From assembly GCF_013141425.1 (NCBI RefSeq), contig NZ_JABFRA010000008.1, positions 4,226-68,225 of the forward strand: a stretch of 64,000 nucleotides of DNA, read 5' to 3'. Numbering within the stretch: the stretch's first letter is position 1; each line of letters opens with the position of its first letter. Of the stretch, positions 9,756 to 18,961 are shown piece after piece. Source of the DNA: Methylotenera sp. GTDB lineage: Bacteria; Pseudomonadota; Gammaproteobacteria; Burkholderiales; Methylophilaceae. A model generated the notes under the pieces. That model did no database searches and was not told where the DNA came from. It saw only the letters and a list, made by a program, of their open reading frames with translations. A program made the position numbers and the translations under genes.

Positions 9756-10257
9756 GTTCTTCCCTGTTTTATTATCATGGCTTTTTATTGCTGTGATGCC
9801 TTATTATCATGCGATGCTTTACCACTAGAATTCAATAGTCAACTCACTAACCGTAGCAAATTTAAACAATCTTAAAAACCAATTTTTGCGGCAACTTAAA
9901 GGCCTATATTAAACTATATTTTAGAATGTTGATGTCTAAACCATATTTGCTTGAGCCAAGGCAATTTTCTATCGCTAGGCATAATCGCGCCAATCAAAAT
10001 TTCAACAAAACTATTTAGTTTAAATTTACAAGGCTTTACACATTCCAAGCCGTTTCTAGGCCCTTTTCATCTAACCAAAATACATTATAGGTCTAGCAAG
10101 AAAATTGCAAATAATAAATTAGAATATCAGCCATTAATTAAATATATCGCGCTCAGTCCTATTCTCTTACTAAGGATAAAGCAAGCTTAATGGCTTAATT
10201 TAAGGATATAGGCCAAAGGCCAATGTATTTAATCGGTGAGATTACTGTGAGGAATTT

Positions 10258-10331
10258 TGGAGGCGCGAACCAGAGTCGAACTGGTCTAAACGGCTTTGCA
10301 GGCCGCGGCATAACCGCTTTGCTATCGCGCC
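10258..10331 (-). tRNA. tRNA-Cys (anticodon GCA)
   Basis: The reverse complement reads GGCGCGATAGCAAAGCGGTTATGCCGCGGCCTGCAAAGCCGTTTAGACCAGTTCGACTCTGGTTCGCGCCTCCA. It has a 7-bp acceptor stem, the anticodon loop CTGCAAA, the T-loop TTCGACT and an encoded CCA. Confidence 0.9.
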
Positions 10332-10393
10332 TTTAATCTGAACGTTTTAAACTAGTGAACAATGTTTAAAAACGTACATTACAAGCTAAAACT

Positions 10394-10426
10394 AAAACGG
10401 CGAAAGCATATTGCTTTCGCCGTTTT
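10394..10426 (-). terminator. Perfect 15-bp hairpin flanked by A4/T4; a bidirectional intrinsic-terminator-like element between the two tRNA genes
   Basis: aaaacggcgaaagca-tat-tgctttcgccgtttt. Every position pairs and the loop is 3 nt. Confidence 0.6.
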
Positions 10427-10468
10427 ATGCCATTTTACTAAACAGTTTTAAACTATTTACCAAATTCG

Positions 10469-10544
<76 letters not shown>

Positions 10545-10628
10545 GTCGTTAAGACAGGCGCCATTATAGCGATTTTCAGAATACCGTCAAGACTAAACGT
10601 CACTCTTAATGCTTATTTATTTGTCTTT

Positions 10629-11225
10629 TTATTGCCCTCTTAATTTAGGCAATGCAGCTTTCAGATAATAAGCCATTGATAGCAAAGTTAAAAAAGCCGC
10701 AATTACGATTAAAATATGACCCCAGAGTTGCGTAGGAAAAACACCAAGCGCCCCTAGATCGATATCATCCCAAAATAATAGAAACAATATGGCAATCATT
10801 TGTACCGTGGTTTTTACTTTACCTATCATCGCCACGCCAACACTACTGCGTTGACCTTCACCAGCCATCCATTCTCGCAATGCGCTTACTGCAATTTCTC
10901 GCCCAATAATAATCAGGGCGACAATGGCGCCTACACGGCCAAATTCTACCAGCACAATCAATGCGGCCGCTACCATGAGCTTATCTGCAACGGGGTCTAA
11001 AAAAGCACCAAACGCCGAGGTTTGGTTCCAGCGCCGCGCCAAGTAACCATCGAGCCAATCAGTAATTGCAGCTATAGCAAATACCACGGTAATAAAAACA
11101 TTTACTTCATGAGAAGGCATGGCGCTTAATTTGCGCAGATTTTCTGGCCAGTAAAATGCTCCCACAAAAATAGGGATTAATAAAATACGTAGCCATGTGA
11201 GCATGGTCGGGATGTTAATTTTCAT
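10629..11225 (-). CDS. pgsA: CDP-diacylglycerol--glycerol-3-phosphate 3-phosphatidyltransferase
   Basis: 198-aa ORF with the CDP-alcohol phosphatidyltransferase motif DWLDGYLARRWNQTSAFGAFLDPVADK. It keeps the conserved uvrC-pgsA-tRNA-Gly-tRNA-Cys order. Confidence 0.9.
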   Translation of the reverse strand: MKINIPTMLTWLRILLIPIFVGAFYWPENLRKLSAMPSHEVNVFITVVFAIAAITDWLDGYLARRWNQTSAFGAFLDPVADKLMVAAALIVLVEFGRVGAIVALIIIGREIAVSALREWMAGEGQRSSVGVAMIGKVKTTVQMIAILFLLFWDDIDLGALGVFPTQLWGHILIVIAAFLTLLSMAYYLKAALPKLRGQ

Positions 11226-11268
11226 TTCAATTTCCAGCGCACACTCAGATTTTCAACGCTAATTCTCA

Positions 11269-13068
11269 CTAATGAAACTCTCCGTATATTTTTTCAGCTA
11301 AGTTTAGACTAATGCCTTCCACTTGCGCGATTTCGTCAATACTAGCACCTTTTACGCCATCTAAGCCACCAAAGCGCGTTAATAGGGCTTTGCGGCGTTT
11401 TGCGCCTATGCCTTCAATATCTTCCAAGCTCGAATGCATGCGCGCTTTTGCGCGTTTGGCACGATGGCCTGTAATGGCAAAGCGATGCGCTTCATCGCGT
11501 ATCTGCTGTAGCAAATGTAAACCTTTGTTATCTTTTTCCAAATTGAGCATTTCTCCCGTATCAGAAAAAATCATGGTTTCCAAGCCTGGCCTGCGCTCTT
11601 CACCTTTAGCAATACCGACCAATAAAATATCATCTAGCCCAACTTCTGCCATCACTTCAACCGCTACGCCAAGCTGACCTTTACCGCCATCGATAAAGAT
11701 TAAGTCAGGTCGCACGCCCTCACCTGCCGCAACTTTCTTATAGCGACGTGTTAGCACATCACGCATCGCCGCATAATCATCACCCGGCGTAATACCTGTG
11801 ACGTTGTAACGCCGATATTCGCTATTTTGCATATCACCGCGATCAAACACCACACAACTGCCCACCGTTGCCTCGCCCATGGTGTGGCTGATATCGAAAC
11901 ATTCAATACGCTCAACATTGTCTTGTAGATGCAAGGCCTCACGTAGTGCAAGCAATTTAGCTTCTTGATTCGCAGAAGTCGCGGCACGCTGACCTAGCGC
12001 CAGTTCAGCGTTGGTTTGCGCCATTTTCAACCAAACGCGTTTATCGCCAATTGGATTGGTGTTGATTTTTACCTTGCGTCCAGCTTGCTGACTCAACACT
12101 TCTTCAAGTACAGCGGTTTCGATTTTAATGCCGACCACAATTAGCGGCGGCGTATTTTGCGCTACATAATGCTGCGCAAGAAACGCCTCCATACTGGTTT
12201 CCAGTGTTTCACCCTCTGAGTTTTTAGGCATATAGCTTCTATCGCCTAAATGCCGCCCACCACGTATCATCACCAAGTTAATACAATGCTGACCTTGCAA
12301 CTCCGCGCAGGCGACCACGTCAGCATCTGAAACATTAAAGTCGCTGACAAACTGCTTGGCTTGCACTTGACGCAGTGCTTGCATGCGGTCACGAAAGACC
12401 ACTGCCACTTCATATTCCTGATTCGCCGCCGCCGTATTCATTTGCGCACCTAGTGCATCAATCACTTCATTGGTTTTACCCTGCAAAAACATCGCCGCCT
12501 GATGCACGTCATTATTGTAATCTTCAGCAGAAATCAAGCCCACGCATGGCGCGGTGCAACGCTCGATTTGGTGCTGCAAACAAGGTCGACTACGGTTAGC
12601 AAATACGGTATTTTCACAGGTGCGTAGCTTAAATACTTTTTGCAAAAGCTGAATACTCTCGCGCACCGCAACGGAGTTTGGGAAAGGCCCGAAGTACTGA
12701 TTACCTTTACGCTGCGTACCACGATGAAACGCCAAACGCGATGACGCATCTCCAGTTAGCACAATATAAGGGTAAGACTTATCATCACGAAACAACACGT
12801 TGTAACGCGGCATTAAGCCTTTAATTAGATTATTTTCCAGCAACAAAGCCTCAGCTTCATTGTGAGTAACCGTGGTTTCAATTCTAACAATATTACTCAC
12901 CATCATACGCGTGCGCGGACTTGGCAAGTTTTTATTGAAATAACTTGAAACGCGTTTTTTTAAATCTTTAGCTTTCCCCACATAAATCACCTCATCAATA
13001 ATGTTTATCATGCGATAAACACCTGGTAGATTGGGTAGATTTTTTAAGATGGGTTTAGGGTCAAACAT
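11269..13068 (-). CDS. uvrC: Excinuclease ABC subunit C
   Basis: 599-aa ORF. The N-terminal GIY-YIG block reads PGVYRMINIIDEVIYVGKAKDLKKRV. A UVR domain, an Endo-V-like nuclease region and a C-terminal (HhH)2 region (GIGAKRRKALLTRFGG) follow. Confidence 0.95.
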   Translation of the reverse strand: MFDPKPILKNLPNLPGVYRMINIIDEVIYVGKAKDLKKRVSSYFNKNLPSPRTRMMVSNIVRIETTVTHNEAEALLLENNLIKGLMPRYNVLFRDDKSYPYIVLTGDASSRLAFHRGTQRKGNQYFGPFPNSVAVRESIQLLQKVFKLRTCENTVFANRSRPCLQHQIERCTAPCVGLISAEDYNNDVHQAAMFLQGKTNEVIDALGAQMNTAAANQEYEVAVVFRDRMQALRQVQAKQFVSDFNVSDADVVACAELQGQHCINLVMIRGGRHLGDRSYMPKNSEGETLETSMEAFLAQHYVAQNTPPLIVVGIKIETAVLEEVLSQQAGRKVKINTNPIGDKRVWLKMAQTNAELALGQRAATSANQEAKLLALREALHLQDNVERIECFDISHTMGEATVGSCVVFDRGDMQNSEYRRYNVTGITPGDDYAAMRDVLTRRYKKVAAGEGVRPDLIFIDGGKGQLGVAVEVMAEVGLDDILLVGIAKGEERRPGLETMIFSDTGEMLNLEKDNKGLHLLQQIRDEAHRFAITGHRAKRAKARMHSSLEDIEGIGAKRRKALLTRFGGLDGVKGASIDEIAQVEGISLNLAEKIYGEFH

Positions 13069-13101
13069 ATATGCATTTTAGCACTAGATGCCCATGCGGG
13101 C

Positions 13102-13809
13102 TCAAGAACCACCCGAACTTGCCAAGGTCAGTTTAGGCCGCCCTGCTTTACCCGCAGTGACACGTCGACCCAAAGCCTGTTCAATTTGCGCTGTAAATAC
13201 GTCATTCCCCAGTGCATAATTCCCATTCGTCGCCTTGCGTATTTCATCCACCACACCAATATCCAATTGGTATCTAAACAACTCACGGTAAGCCGCTTGT
13301 CTGCTTGTGGCGTCTAAGCCTAAAGCTTGATACAAAGCATGGGGCTGCAGAATATCAGATTCCGCGCCTTGCGCATTTGCCGCGTAACTACTCCATTTGT
13401 ATTCCGCAGGGTGATTCACCATATTGGCGCGCACAGGGTTAAGCTCAATATAACGCTGACAAGCCAATAAATAGGTTTCGGCTTGTGTGGGGCAAGATTT
13501 ATAGCGGCCTTCCCACAAAGTTCCAGTGCGTTTATACATTTTATTGATATATTGCACATATCGCTGCCCCAGTGCCTTCATCATTGCGCCAACCGCTTCA
13601 GCTTTGTCTGTCGAAACCAACAAATGCACATGATTTGTCATCAATACATAGGCGTGTATTTTACAGTCGGTTTTTTCTGAATATTCTTTTAGCCATTCAA
13701 GGTAAGAAAGATAATCTTCATCGGCATAAAAGCAAGCTTGGCGATTATTACCGCGTTGAATGATGTGTTGCGGGACATTGGGGAGGATGACGCGGGGGCG
13801 GCGGGGCAT
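13102..13809 (-). CDS. REP-associated tyrosine transposase (RAYT, IS200/IS605 Y1 HUH family)
   Basis: 235-aa ORF. The HUH motif sits in MTNHVHLLVS, and the candidate catalytic Tyr sits in TLWEGRYKS. The N-terminal QHIIQRGNNRQ block is typical of COG1943-type transposases. A long palindrome lies 43 nt upstream. Confidence 0.8.
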   Translation of the reverse strand: MPRRPRVILPNVPQHIIQRGNNRQACFYADEDYLSYLEWLKEYSEKTDCKIHAYVLMTNHVHLLVSTDKAEAVGAMMKALGQRYVQYINKMYKRTGTLWEGRYKSCPTQAETYLLACQRYIELNPVRANMVNHPAEYKWSSYAANAQGAESDILQPHALYQALGLDATSRQAAYRELFRYQLDIGVVDEIRKATNGNYALGNDVFTAQIEQALGRRVTAGKAGRPKLTLASSGGS

Positions 13810-13851
13810 AAGTAGCTCAATACGTGAATGAATTAAGTGCTAATGGTAGCA

Positions 13852-13915
13852 TTTAATCGTGGTCTGTCCCCTATTGTCCCTATAATAGGGCAATAGGGGA
13901 CAGACCACGATTAAA
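13852..13915. repeat. 64-nt nested perfect palindrome (REP/BIME-like) next to the RAYT gene
   Basis: The 25-bp perfect arms 13852-13876 (tttaatcgtggtctgtcccctattg) and 13891-13915 enclose a 14-nt core. The core can itself pair (ccctat/ataggg). Confidence 0.85.
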
Positions 13916-13973
13916 CACCTGCGGGGTTGACTGTGGCAGTGCTGCACTTTCTTTAATCATACAAAGAAACATC

Positions 13974-14831
13974 TTATTCCTCCGCTTTCGCTTCCGCCAT
14001 GCGCAACAATCTAGCCGCCTCGGCTTTCTTTGTATCCTCAATCTCGCGCATCACGCTCTTTAAATCTACTGCTTTTGTGCTTTCTCTAAAGCGGCCTGTC
14101 AGCACGGTTTCTAGCGTTAAATCGCCATGGGCATACAGGGCCCAAATCTCTTTGCCGTATTGCGTTGTCAACAACTCTGGCGCAAAACGTCCAAAATAAT
14201 CACTTAAATTTCTAACATCGCGCTCTAGCATCTCTCGCGCATTATTGTTACCTGCCGCATCCACAGCTTGCGGTAAATCAATAATCACGGGGCCATCGGC
14301 GCTCATTAAAATATTGAATTCGGATAAATCCCCATGCACAATGCCCGCACACAACATGCGCACCACTTCTTTAATTAAAGCGCCATGGTGAATTCGTGCC
14401 TCTTCTGGGCTAAAAGTAATATCGTTTAAGCGTGGCGCAGCGTTGCCATTGGCATCGGTTACCAACTCCATTAACAATACACCTTCGTAGAAATTATACG
14501 GTTCTGGCACCCGCACACCGGCATTGGCTAAGCGATACAGCGCATCGACCTCTGCGCTTTGCCAAGCAGCTTCTTGTGACTCACGTCCAAATTTTGAGCC
14601 TTTAGCCATTGCGCGGCTTTGACGGCTATTTTTAACTTTGCGGCCTTCGGTGTAATCTACACTCTGACGAAAGCTACGTTTATTTGCCTCTTTGTATACC
14701 TTAGCGCAACGTACATCATCGCCACAGCGGACGACGTACACCGTCGCTTCTTTGCCGCTCATGAGTTGACGGACTACATCGTCAATCAAGCCGTCTTCAA
14801 GTAAGGGTTCAAGTCTTTGGGGAGTTTTCAT
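13974..14831 (-). CDS. RIO1-like atypical serine protein kinase
   Basis: 285-aa ORF with the RIO-type ATP-binding stretch GKEATVYVV...CAKVYK and the catalytic and metal-binding region IVHGDLSEFNILM...VIIDLPQAV. Confidence 0.8.
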   Translation of the reverse strand: MKTPQRLEPLLEDGLIDDVVRQLMSGKEATVYVVRCGDDVRCAKVYKEANKRSFRQSVDYTEGRKVKNSRQSRAMAKGSKFGRESQEAAWQSAEVDALYRLANAGVRVPEPYNFYEGVLLMELVTDANGNAAPRLNDITFSPEEARIHHGALIKEVVRMLCAGIVHGDLSEFNILMSADGPVIIDLPQAVDAAGNNNAREMLERDVRNLSDYFGRFAPELLTTQYGKEIWALYAHGDLTLETVLTGRFRESTKAVDLKSVMREIEDTKKAEAARLLRMAEAKAEE

Positions 14832-14854
14832 GCGGCTATTCTAACACTCCAACA

Positions 14855-15037
14855 TCATTCATCTAGCAACTTGCCACCTATTGCCCAATCTTCATACGCC
14901 ACTTCTTCAAAAGTAATGTAGGTATAGGATTTTGGTTTATGCGCAACTCGTTCTAAAGTTTCGGTAATTTCTTTGGCGATTTGCGCTTTTTGTTCACGCG
15001 TAACTTCACCTGCAAGTTTGATGTTTACATAGGGCAT
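14855..15037 (-). CDS. 4-oxalocrotonate tautomerase family protein
   Basis: 60-aa ORF starting MPYVNIKL, so Pro-1 is exposed after Met removal. Size and pattern are typical of the 4-OT family. Confidence 0.8.
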   Translation of the reverse strand: MPYVNIKLAGEVTREQKAQIAKEITETLERVAHKPKSYTYITFEEVAYEDWAIGGKLLDE

Positions 15038-15054
15038 GTTCGATCTCCTTTAGT

Positions 15055-15588
15055 TTAGCTAATAGTAAATGGTACAGGTTGTTGCGCATAGGCGATATAC
15101 AGCGGATGCTGTGGGCTGCCATCTGCATTTAATTGTAAGCACTTTACCTGATGTTGCAAATTCGCTTGTGCAAGCAGGGTCATCACGGTCTGCGCTCGGG
15201 GGGCGGCAAGCGGGTGTTTTCCCCAACCACAAACGGTGATTGCGGCCGACTGCACCGCATTAAGTATGCAGCTATTGGCTTCATCCGTATCGCCCAAAAG
15301 ATTTTCAACCGTATTGAGTAAACGTGAATCCGTCATACGAAAAGGAAATAAATTGACAATAATCATGCTGCCATAACCCATGGCAATGGCGCGACGCTGG
15401 CAACGCTCAATGGTCGGGTCATTCTGCATTTCATCGGCAGTACTGGGATTGAGCATTAAAAAACTGATGGTGGGTAGACTTAGATCCCAATCTCTTCGTA
15501 GCCAATAGCGATATTTTTCACAGTCTGAAAAATGTGCTTCAGACTGCTGAATTAAGGTATTGTGTTGCTTAATGATCATGTTGACCAA
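15055..15588 (-). CDS. DUF1643-family protein
   Basis: 177-aa ORF containing LMLNPSTADEMQNDPTIERCQRRA and IIVNLFPFR, which I recognise as the DUF1643 signature. The track start is TTG at 15588, and ATG at 15579 is an alternative. Either start overlaps the 3' end of the upstream CDF gene. Confidence 0.7.
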   Translation of the reverse strand: MVNMIIKQHNTLIQQSEAHFSDCEKYRYWLRRDWDLSLPTISFLMLNPSTADEMQNDPTIERCQRRAIAMGYGSMIIVNLFPFRMTDSRLLNTVENLLGDTDEANSCILNAVQSAAITVCGWGKHPLAAPRAQTVMTLLAQANLQHQVKCLQLNADGSPQHPLYIAYAQQPVPFTIS

Positions 15589-16282
15589 GACTAGGCAAGG
15601 CTTGACCAGGTTTTAGATGGAACGTTTTCCAAATATCCCGTATCAGGTTTAAGGTAAATACAAACAATAAAATAGAAATTAGCAAAGATAAAATCGGGTC
15701 GATAGGCATCCAACCTGTGAAGTAAATTACCACGCCTGCCGCTACCGCAGCAACCGAACCTAGCAAGTCACCAATCACATGTAAGAATGCGGCACGATTG
15801 TTCAAAGTTTCCGCATGATGTACCGCTTGATGGTGTAACTGCTTAGCTACAATCACATTGACCAATAAACCTAAAGTAGCAATGATTGTTAAGCCTAAAC
15901 CTTGCACATGATGTGGTGTTTTGAAGCGTGCAATCGCCTCAACAACCACAAATGCAATGACCGCTAGTAAGGAAATCGCATTAAAGATTGATACGCCAAG
16001 CTCAACATACGTTACGCCCGATTTATGTCGTGCAACATTTGGCTTTTTAGATAAAATGCCAGCCATCCAAGCCAAACCAAGCGCAGCAACGTCTGAAAAC
16101 ATATGTCCAGCATCGCTCAATAATGCTAACGAGCCTGTGTACCAACTACCCACAGCTTCAACTATCGCAAAGGTAAAAATTAGTAAGAATGGAATCAGAT
16201 AATGATCATGGTCGTCATGGTCATCGTGATTATGGTCATCAACTTCGAGGTCGTTATGCGCGATTTGTTGTAAATTATTCAC
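15569..16282 (-). CDS. Cation diffusion facilitator (CzcD/ZitB-like) transporter with a His-rich N-terminus and no cytoplasmic C-terminal domain
   Basis: 237-aa ORF. The N-terminus reads DDHNHDDHDDHDH. The TM2 site reads SLALLSDAGHMFSD and the TM5 site reads FLHVIGDLLGS. The ORF ends about 25 aa after the sixth TM helix. Confidence 0.8.
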   Translation of the reverse strand: MNNLQQIAHNDLEVDDHNHDDHDDHDHYLIPFLLIFTFAIVEAVGSWYTGSLALLSDAGHMFSDVAALGLAWMAGILSKKPNVARHKSGVTYVELGVSIFNAISLLAVIAFVVVEAIARFKTPHHVQGLGLTIIATLGLLVNVIVAKQLHHQAVHHAETLNNRAAFLHVIGDLLGSVAAVAAGVVIYFTGWMPIDPILSLLISILLFVFTLNLIRDIWKTFHLKPGQALPSLGQHDH

Positions 16283-16378
16283 TTAATTATTCTCTTAATT
16301 ACTCTGCAAAATGGATAGGTGAAATGCTAACCCAAAAATATAGGATAATGTCAGTCTAGTCCAAATTATCACCATTTT

Positions 16379-17221
16379 ATGCTCAGTTACCGTCACGCTT
16401 TCCACGCAGGCAACCACGCCGATGTTCTTAAACATTATGTTTTAGGCTTAGTGTTGGATTACATGAACCAAAAAGACAAGCCGTATTGGTATATTGATAC
16501 TCATGCTGGTGCTGGTTTATATCGCCTGACTGAAGGTTATGCCACACAAAATGCCGAATTTGAAAATGGCATTGCAAAACTCATCGCCGCGGCCAATTTG
16601 CTCAAACCGCTGGCTGATTTTGTCGCACAGATTAATCGGTTTAATACAAGTAACTTAGAATACTATCCTGGCTCGCCATTAGTCGCCCAAGACTTAATAC
16701 GTGCAAATGACAAAATGCGGTTGTTTGAACTGCATCCCAGCGATTACAAATTATTAATCGAAAATTTTAAAGGTCAAAGCAAACAAGTCAAAATCGACAT
16801 GCAAGATGGCTTTACAGGCATAAAAGCTTGTTTGCCACCTCCCACCCGCCGTGCCGTGGTGCTGATAGACCCGCCGTACGAAGATAAGCAAGATTACCAA
16901 CATGTAGTGCGCATGTTGAAAGATAGCCTGTCACGCTTTGCAACAGGGACTTTTATTGTTTGGTACCCAATATTGCAACGGCCTGAACCAAGCGAAATGA
17001 TTGAAGATTTACTGCGCCTGAACTTGCCCAACTGGCTACACATCAACATGACGATACATGAACCTTCAGCAGAGGGTTTTGGCATGCATGGCAGTGGTTT
17101 GTTTATAATTAATCCCCCTTGGACATTGCCAAAAATACTAGAAGAAACCATCCCTGCGCTTACGCAATTATTGGCTTTAGATGACGCGGCTCACTATGCA
17201 CTAAATTACGAAATCGCTTGA
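16379..17221 (+). CDS. rlmJ: 23S rRNA (adenine2030-N6)-methyltransferase
   Basis: 280-aa ORF starting MLSYRHAFHAGNHADVLKH and containing VLIDPPYE, both characteristic of RlmJ. Confidence 0.9.
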   Translation: MLSYRHAFHAGNHADVLKHYVLGLVLDYMNQKDKPYWYIDTHAGAGLYRLTEGYATQNAEFENGIAKLIAAANLLKPLADFVAQINRFNTSNLEYYPGSPLVAQDLIRANDKMRLFELHPSDYKLLIENFKGQSKQVKIDMQDGFTGIKACLPPPTRRAVVLIDPPYEDKQDYQHVVRMLKDSLSRFATGTFIVWYPILQRPEPSEMIEDLLRLNLPNWLHINMTIHEPSAEGFGMHGSGLFIINPPWTLPKILEETIPALTQLLALDDAAHYALNYEIA

Positions 17222-17266
17222 TAAAAGTAAACTATTAAGCTGATACAATACTCGAAAATACTTTTA

Positions 17267-17818
17267 ATGAGGCTTAAACACATGACGCAAAGTAACACGA
17301 GCAAAACCGAATACAAACAAGGCAGCATTATGACCAACATCTTATTTGGCAGCCGCTGGTTACAATTACCTCTCTATCTGGGCTTAATAGTAGCGCAAGC
17401 AGTATATGTATTCTTCTTTGGCGTGGAACTGGTTCATTTGGTATCAACCGCGCACGCCATTAAAGAAGCAGATATCATGCTAATTGTGTTAGGTTTAATT
17501 GATGTGGTGATGATTTCAAACTTATTAATTATGGTGATTGTAGGTGGCTACGAAACCTTTGTATCTCGCCTTAATTTAACGGGTCATCCTGACGAACCCG
17601 ATTGGTTATCGCATGTAAATGCTAATCTGTTGAAGGTTAAGCTAGCGACGGCAATTATTGGCATTTCGTCCATTCACTTACTTAAAACGTTTATCAATGC
17701 TGAAAATTTAAGTGAGAAAACGCTCATCTGGCAGACTGTGATTCATATGACTTTTGTGTTTTCTGCCATTGCCATTGCTTACATTGATAAATTAATGCGT
17801 GTAGAAAACAAACATTAA
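17267..17818 (+). CDS. yqhA: UPF0114 (YqhA) family membrane protein
   Basis: 183-aa ORF. SRWLQLPLYLGLIVAQAVYVFFF matches the YqhA N-terminus. The true start is probably the internal Met at 17330 (MTNILFG). Confidence 0.75.
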   Translation: MRLKHMTQSNTSKTEYKQGSIMTNILFGSRWLQLPLYLGLIVAQAVYVFFFGVELVHLVSTAHAIKEADIMLIVLGLIDVVMISNLLIMVIVGGYETFVSRLNLTGHPDEPDWLSHVNANLLKVKLATAIIGISSIHLLKTFINAENLSEKTLIWQTVIHMTFVFSAIAIAYIDKLMRVENKH

Positions 17819-17831
17819 TGAACGTGAGTTT

Positions 17832-18932
17832 TCAATAAACAAGCACGATGCTTGAAGGTGCGGTCTTCACGGTTTCAACCGTGAACGCTTGTACTGTAAC
17901 TGTTTTTTCGTTCTCTGTCTCTACACTGACTTTCCAATCGCCCGCCTGCAAATCCGTTTTATAGGTGTAACCTCGAAAACCGTTATAGCGACCGCCTGAC
18001 AAGGTAAACCCAATGTGTGATCTGGTTTGCCAGCCGTTTTTCTTATCATGATATTGCCAGCGGTGATACAAACGTGTTTTTAATCCGCTGGGCGCGAAAA
18101 CCGATGAAAAGCAATACACGCGCTGACCAGGCAACACTTGCAAAGCATTGCTGGTCTTGCGCCAAAATACCCACCAGTCAGCAGGCTGCTGGCTAAGCTG
18201 GTAATTGCCTTTAACTTTATTTAGCGCATAACCCACGGCAATATCGCGCTTAACCAGTGGCACAGGCGGTATCACATCAAAACTATAGGCAAGCATGAGC
18301 ACGGCCGCAATTAAGCCAACTGGCTTGATACTGCCATCGTGGTTGGGTGTTTTTCTGTACAACCAATAGGCCACTGCCGCGCCTAGCAAGGTGCTTATAT
18401 AAAACCAAGCGGCATGCAGGCTGCCCATTAAATAGGGCAAAGCAAAGTTAAACAGCAACATGGCACAAAAACCAAACAAGGCCCAGCTGAGTGTAAATTT
18501 TTTATATTCGTCTTCTAAGTACTCATTCGCCACTAACATAATCGCCAACAACAGCGACATCAACCAGGCCAAACCGTGGTTCGAACTTTTAAAATACAAA
18601 ATAAACAAGGCGCTTAATAAATTGCCAAACATGAATTGCAGCACAAAATAAGGAAGATTTTCCCAATACAAACGCTGATATAGTTTTTTGAGCAAAATTG
18701 GCAATTTTTTTGGTTCTGCTAAAACATAGCGTGGACTACCGATAGTAAAAAGTATCGCGCCTGCAATTAGCAAATAGGAAAAAAAGATAATTAAATCTGA
18801 ACTGGCAACATTTCGACCGATAGTGAGTGCATCCCAGATAAAACCGCCAAAAAAGAATAGCGCTGGGAAGAAATCACCCAGTTTCAAAACGTGGCGATAT
18901 AGGTGGGATTGTTTAATTCTGGCGATAACCAT
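17832..18932 (-). CDS. Polytopic membrane protein with a C-terminal soluble beta-rich domain (DUF2914-like)
   Basis: 366-aa ORF with about 8 predicted TM helices, followed by the block WQYHDKKNGWQTRSHIGFTLSGGRYNGFRGYTYK...GDWKVSVETENEK. The family assignment is from memory only. Confidence 0.55.
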   Translation of the reverse strand: MVIARIKQSHLYRHVLKLGDFFPALFFFGGFIWDALTIGRNVASSDLIIFFSYLLIAGAILFTIGSPRYVLAEPKKLPILLKKLYQRLYWENLPYFVLQFMFGNLLSALFILYFKSSNHGLAWLMSLLLAIMLVANEYLEDEYKKFTLSWALFGFCAMLLFNFALPYLMGSLHAAWFYISTLLGAAVAYWLYRKTPNHDGSIKPVGLIAAVLMLAYSFDVIPPVPLVKRDIAVGYALNKVKGNYQLSQQPADWWVFWRKTSNALQVLPGQRVYCFSSVFAPSGLKTRLYHRWQYHDKKNGWQTRSHIGFTLSGGRYNGFRGYTYKTDLQAGDWKVSVETENEKTVTVQAFTVETVKTAPSSIVLVY

Positions 18933-18961
18933 CTTGAATATTACAAATTAACGTACTGGCT

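Noticed and set aside
9951-10190. 79-aa ORF in the AT-rich spacer upstream of the T1SS operon.
   Set aside because: It has a TTG start, no Shine-Dalgarno sequence, and an Ile/Lys/Leu-rich composition that simply reflects AT-rich DNA. It has no motif.
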